Position numbers and translations under genes: made by a program
Assembly (NCBI GenBank): GCA_051003195.1
Contig: JBPCLP010000026.1
Location: 1 to 20,017, forward strand
Origin: Candidatus Sumerlaeaceae bacterium
Lineage (GTDB): Bacteria > Sumerlaeota > Sumerlaeia > Sumerlaeales > Sumerlaeaceae
Reading direction: 5' to 3'
Length of the DNA stretch: 20,017 nt
The notes under the pieces: model-generated
Told to the model about the DNA's origin: nothing
Databases searched by the model: none
Seen by the model: only the letters and a program-made list of their open reading frames with translations
In this document: positions 16,329 through 20,017 of the stretch, piece by piece
Layout of the letters: every line of letters begins with the position of its first letter
How positions within the stretch are numbered: the first letter of the stretch is position 1

Positions 16329-17174
16329 TCAGAGGCTGCTCAGTTCCACCCACTGGCCGGCTTTCGCGATGGATTGATCGGCGGCTTCTTCAACGGCTAC
16401 CGTATCCAGCATCTCCTGCGTTGCGATCGGTGATTTTCCCGTTCGGAAGAATTCCAGCGCCTGCTTCATGAGGTTCGCGTAAAACTCGTCGAATAACTTG
16501 ATAGTGACGACATCATACTCGTCGCCATTAAGGTAGCCCACCTGCCACGGCAGAACCTCCATCTGGTTCTTGGCCTTGCGCAGATCAATTGAAGCCCGGC
16601 GGCCATCCTCGGCTTCTACCGTGATCATGTGCGCCGCATCTTTTCCCGTATCGATCACGCGCTTGATGGCAACCCCCAACATGCGTAGAACCGGGGCGAC
16701 GGTATGAACCGCGTAGCCGCGCCACTTGCCTCCGCCACGCGAAAAAATGCCGTCCAGTTTAGTATCGCCTGCGCGCGCCAGCATTTCCTCGAGCTCGACG
16801 GAAAACCGCAGCGACGAGGCACTCATCAGCGGCGTGCCGGACTTACTTGCGAGTTCCACCATCTGCTTCGCAGCCGACAGTGAACTGGCCAATACCTTGT
16901 CCACCAGCACGGGCTTCCCGCTCGCAAGCGGTTCGCGCGACAGCTCTAGGTGGTGCTCCGGGGCATTTGGCGCCAGCACGATAATACCTTCACTCAGGGC
17001 AACCACTTCCGCAACGCTGTCCACACGCTTCACCCCCTTGGCCTCGCACCAGTCGCCGCCCTTCGGCGAGCTCTCATATGCGGCAACGACGTCGATTCCA
17101 TCGAGCTTCAGAAGACCGTGAAACTTTGTGGAATGATAGTTGTTCAGGTTGTAATCGATGAATCCAACCTTCAT
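16329..17174 (-). CDS. Gfo/Idh/MocA-family oxidoreductase
   Basis: N-terminal MKVGFI strand, HLELSREPLASGKPVLVDK, PLMSASSLRF, YAVH. Confidence 0.85.
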   Translation of the reverse strand: MKVGFIDYNLNNYHSTKFHGLLKLDGIDVVAAYESSPKGGDWCEAKGVKRVDSVAEVVALSEGIIVLAPNAPEHHLELSREPLASGKPVLVDKVLASSLSAAKQMVELASKSGTPLMSASSLRFSVELEEMLARAGDTKLDGIFSRGGGKWRGYAVHTVAPVLRMLGVAIKRVIDTGKDAAHMITVEAEDGRRASIDLRKAKNQMEVLPWQVGYLNGDEYDVVTIKLFDEFYANLMKQALEFFRTGKSPIATQEMLDTVAVEEAADQSIAKAGQWVELSSL

Positions 17175-17351
17175 TTACTTGCCCTTACGTTTCTTTTGAT
17201 AGGTTCCAGACGTCCTGTCGTCCAGCACGCGGTGCAACCATAAACCTCCATGACTGAAACACCGAACACCCCGGACTATAGAAAGATTGCACAACGCGTG
17301 GCGGACATGCCGCCCTCATTTAATTTATCTCGAAACAACACCGGAGATCGC

Positions 17352-18089
17352 ATGAAAACTCTTATCGCCTGCTCGACAGCATTATGGATGTTCAGCACCG
17401 GAGTGGATGCAATGGGACAAACAACGGCAACGCAAACAAACGGAAACGTATCAACCCCGACTCGTGCGTGGAACCCGAGTGAGCACTTTCGGCTGCGCTG
17501 CGAACAGATCGAAAACGCAATCGAGCGCGCTCCCTCAGATACAACCTGCTGCATCGTTCTGCTGGGCGACAGCATTACAGAGGGCATCAAGACGAACGAG
17601 CTCGCGGGCATGTCGGTCATTAACCAGGGCATCAGCGGCGACCAGGTGGAAAACGCAACCAGCCGCACCGGAGTTCGGAATCGCCTTCACCTGGTGCCAA
17701 AGGCCAAACCGGCTATCGTCTGCGTCATGATCGGTATAAACGACTTCTGGGGCGGCAAAAAGGATGCGGCGACTGTCGAACAATCGTATCGCGGCATGGC
17801 CACCGATCTTCGCGCAACTGTTCCAAAGGCGCGCATCATCATCGAAAGCACTCTCCCGGCCGGAGGGCCGCACAAACATCTTCAACAAAGCGTAGATGAG
17901 CTGAACCGCAAGCTACCCCAGATTGCATCGACCATAAAGGCCGAATTCCTCCTGCTTGACCCGATCATGAAGTCTTCCGACGGTGAACTCCGCCCGGAGT
18001 TTACAACAGATGGCATTCACCTCTCCCCTGCCGGTTATGCTGCGTGGCTTAAGCGGCTGGAGCAGTACATCGGCACGAAGCCGCAGTAG
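17352..18089 (+). CDS. Secreted SGNH/GDSL hydrolase (esterase)
   Basis: LGDSITE, NQGISG, MIGIND, DGIH blocks. Signal-like start MKTLIACSTALW with GGAG RBS (the ORF track starts at 17250). Confidence 0.92.
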   Translation: MKTLIACSTALWMFSTGVDAMGQTTATQTNGNVSTPTRAWNPSEHFRLRCEQIENAIERAPSDTTCCIVLLGDSITEGIKTNELAGMSVINQGISGDQVENATSRTGVRNRLHLVPKAKPAIVCVMIGINDFWGGKKDAATVEQSYRGMATDLRATVPKARIIIESTLPAGGPHKHLQQSVDELNRKLPQIASTIKAEFLLLDPIMKSSDGELRPEFTTDGIHLSPAGYAAWLKRLEQYIGTKPQ

Positions 18090-18108
18090 TGCTGCACATC
18101 CCGCCAAC

Positions 18109-18696
18109 ATGGTGAGCGCCGCAAAGCAACGGATCAGCCGGTCAGGTTCGGCAATGCAGAACCCGCTGCCGCGTGTAACGGTACGCGCTCTCTCACAGCA
18201 AGACCGCCTTCCTCTTCTCGCAGCAAACCGCCGCAGCCGTGAAATGCACCGCCGCTGGGTGAATCCGCCGATTAACGATGAACAGTTTGATGCCTACATG
18301 TTGAAGTGCAGCCGGGATGACTGTCATGGATTTGTGATCTGTGATGTTCAGACGCAGCAGATTGCCGCCGCCGCGAATGTGAGTAATGTGGTGCTCGGCG
18401 CGATGCATGGAGCATTTCTCGGCTACTACGGGATCGCCAATTTTGCGGGGCGCGGATACATGACCGCAGGGCTTATCCACGTAATTTCGTGGGCCTTTGG
18501 CGATCTGCGCCTTCACCGGCTGGAAGCGAACGTGCAGCCCGACAACCTTGCTTCGAAGAAGCTGCTGGCACGCCTGGGTTTTCGGCTCGAGGGATTTTCG
18601 CCCAGGTACCTGAAGATTGCCGGTCGTTGGCGCGACCACGAGCGCTACGCGATTCTCGCCGAAGAATGGCAGCAGCGGCCGCGACATTTGAGATGA
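18109..18696 (+). CDS. GNAT N-acetyltransferase, RimJ/RimL family
   Basis: AFLGYY...GRGYMT, LRLHRLEANVQPDNLAS, GFRLEGFSPRYLKIAGRWRDHE; start at 18109 or 18154. Confidence 0.92.
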   Translation: MVSAAKQRISRSGSAMQNPLPRVTVRALSQQDRLPLLAANRRSREMHRRWVNPPINDEQFDAYMLKCSRDDCHGFVICDVQTQQIAAAANVSNVVLGAMHGAFLGYYGIANFAGRGYMTAGLIHVISWAFGDLRLHRLEANVQPDNLASKKLLARLGFRLEGFSPRYLKIAGRWRDHERYAILAEEWQQRPRHLR

Positions 18697-18711
18697 AAGC
18701 TTATAGTTTTC

Positions 18712-18740
18712 ATAGGTCCTGTACGACCTATATGACCTAT
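18712..18740. repeat. Short 9-nt-periodic palindromic repeat between convergent genes
   Basis: ATAGGTC (18712-18718) with two inverted copies GACCTAT (18725-18731, 18734-18740); overlaps the dehydrogenase stop codon. Confidence 0.7.
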
Positions 18741-19822
18741 AAGTTGTCTCGCCCGATCTCCAGGAGCACCTTGGGTTCATGGGTAGCGGCGCCAAGCGCC
18801 ATGGTAATTTCCGCCAGCGGATAAGTCGCACTGATCCAGGATTGGTCAGGCTTCTTGTGCTGCTGCAGGAAGGCGATGGCTTTATCGAAGGGGCCGCAGC
18901 GGGAGGTGTGGATTTGCACTTCGTTCACAATGGCTTCGGTCGTATTTAGCTCACGCACGGGAACACCCGAAGTGGATTTGAGCGAGACATGGCCAAGCGG
19001 ACGGACAAGCTGCAGTGCGAGGTTGAAGTTCTCGTTCATGCCAGTCGCTTCGACGACAACGTCGGCGCCGAGGCCGGCTGTGTGGGCAAGGATGAACTCG
19101 CGAAGCTCACCCGGGGTAGCGACGTGCTCGACTTGCATAAAGAACTCGTCGGAAAGCTCGGGCGAGAAGCGGACCAGCAAGTCCGCATGGTTTCTAACGT
19201 ACTCGAGGCTTTGGGTGGAGCGCGTCACCGCGATGACGCGGGCGCCGAGTTTATGCGCGACGAGAGTTACGAGTCGTCCGAGGCGACCGCAGCCGAGAAC
19301 GACGACGGTGTCCCCGGGCGACAGCGGGGTCAGTTCGAATGTGCGGATCGCAGCGGCAAGAGGTTCCACAAAGACCGCAATGTCGGACGGAATGTCGTCG
19401 GGCAATTCATGTAGGTTTCCGGCCGGCGCTCTCAGGTATTCGGCAAATGCTCCGGGATGATTGATAATGCCTGTGACGGTGCGCCGCAGGCAGTGCGTCG
19501 GCATGCCACGTTTGCAGGCGGTGCACAGGTCGGTGTAGCCATAAGCGACACAGGAGTTGTTGATCTCGCAGACAACGCGTTTATTGAGCCAGTGGGTGTC
19601 AACGTTTGCTCCGCACTCGACAACGCGTGCCGAGAATTCGTGTCCGAGAACGAGTGGCAGTGGAACGGGATAATGGCCGCGGTAAAGAGACAGATCCGTG
19701 CCGCAGATGCCGGCGTATTCGATTTTCAGCAGAACCTCGCCGGCCTCGAGCGGAAGGTGGGGTTGGGCAGTAATCTCGGTGCGGTTAGGCGCGAGCAGCG
19801 TGGCGGCGGAGTAGGTGGTCAT
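18737..19822 (-). CDS. Zinc-dependent medium-chain alcohol dehydrogenase family protein
   Basis: GICGTD, LGHEF, four-Cys structural Zn site, EPLAAA, GCGRLG, DVVVEATG, SRCGPF. Confidence 0.94.
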   Translation of the reverse strand: MTTYSAATLLAPNRTEITAQPHLPLEAGEVLLKIEYAGICGTDLSLYRGHYPVPLPLVLGHEFSARVVECGANVDTHWLNKRVVCEINNSCVAYGYTDLCTACKRGMPTHCLRRTVTGIINHPGAFAEYLRAPAGNLHELPDDIPSDIAVFVEPLAAAIRTFELTPLSPGDTVVVLGCGRLGRLVTLVAHKLGARVIAVTRSTQSLEYVRNHADLLVRFSPELSDEFFMQVEHVATPGELREFILAHTAGLGADVVVEATGMNENFNLALQLVRPLGHVSLKSTSGVPVRELNTTEAIVNEVQIHTSRCGPFDKAIAFLQQHKKPDQSWISATYPLAEITMALGAATHEPKVLLEIGRDNL

Positions 19823-19830
19823 AGTAATCG

Positions 19831-20004
19831 GTTCGGAGTACAGGCTTTAGCCTGGGCTAACGCAAGCTCGCCGTAGATCGCCCCGTTCGCAGTACAGCCG
19901 TTCGGAGTACAGGCTTTAGCCTGGGCCAACGCAAGCGCACCGAGGATTCCATCCTTCGCTGTACCGCCCCGTTCGGATTACATGCTTTAGCCTGTACTCC
20001 GAAC
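19831..20004. repeat. REP-like tandem array (core GTTCGGAGTACAGGCTTTAGCCTG, ~70-bp period)
   Basis: Cores start at 19831, 19900 and 19971; internal palindrome CAGGCT-TT-AGCCTG; the third copy is fused to an inverted half, giving a 34-bp near-palindrome. Confidence 0.9.
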
Positions 20005-20017
20005 AGCGCTTGTGCTC

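Noticed and set aside
19831..20004. CRISPR array (37-bp repeats, 32-34-bp spacers)
   Set aside because: The 'spacers' are homologous (21/32 identical), the third repeat is partial and fused to its inverse, and no cas gene is in the window.

Overview
Bacterial chromosomal window (moderately GC-rich, probably a diderm given the lipoprotein, signal peptides and type IV pilus genes; taxon not determinable from the sequence). Left edge: the left end of an IS3-family element inserted just downstream of thrS. A minus-strand run follows (pilC > unknown bitopic membrane protein > rsmE > orphan histidine kinase > thrS), divergent from a PilT/PilU-family ATPase. A second minus-strand run holds a class IV aminotransferase, a two-domain GT2, a TlpA lipoprotein and a large secreted protein (GH105 + beta-sandwich + unassigned ~600-aa module). 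The rest is sodA, a Gfo/Idh/MocA oxidoreductase, an SGNH hydrolase, a RimJ-like GNAT and a Zn-dependent dehydrogenase. The most interesting signals are non-coding: (i) the thrS leader can be drawn in two mutually exclusive folds, one presenting a tRNA-Thr(CGU)-like loop and sequestering the SD, a candidate ThrRS-autoregulatory switch; (ii) a ~375-bp MITE-like element with TIRs and internal duplications; (iii) a motif array after sodA; (iv) REP-like and 9-mer repeats. All structures were derived by hand; no searches or folding programs were run.
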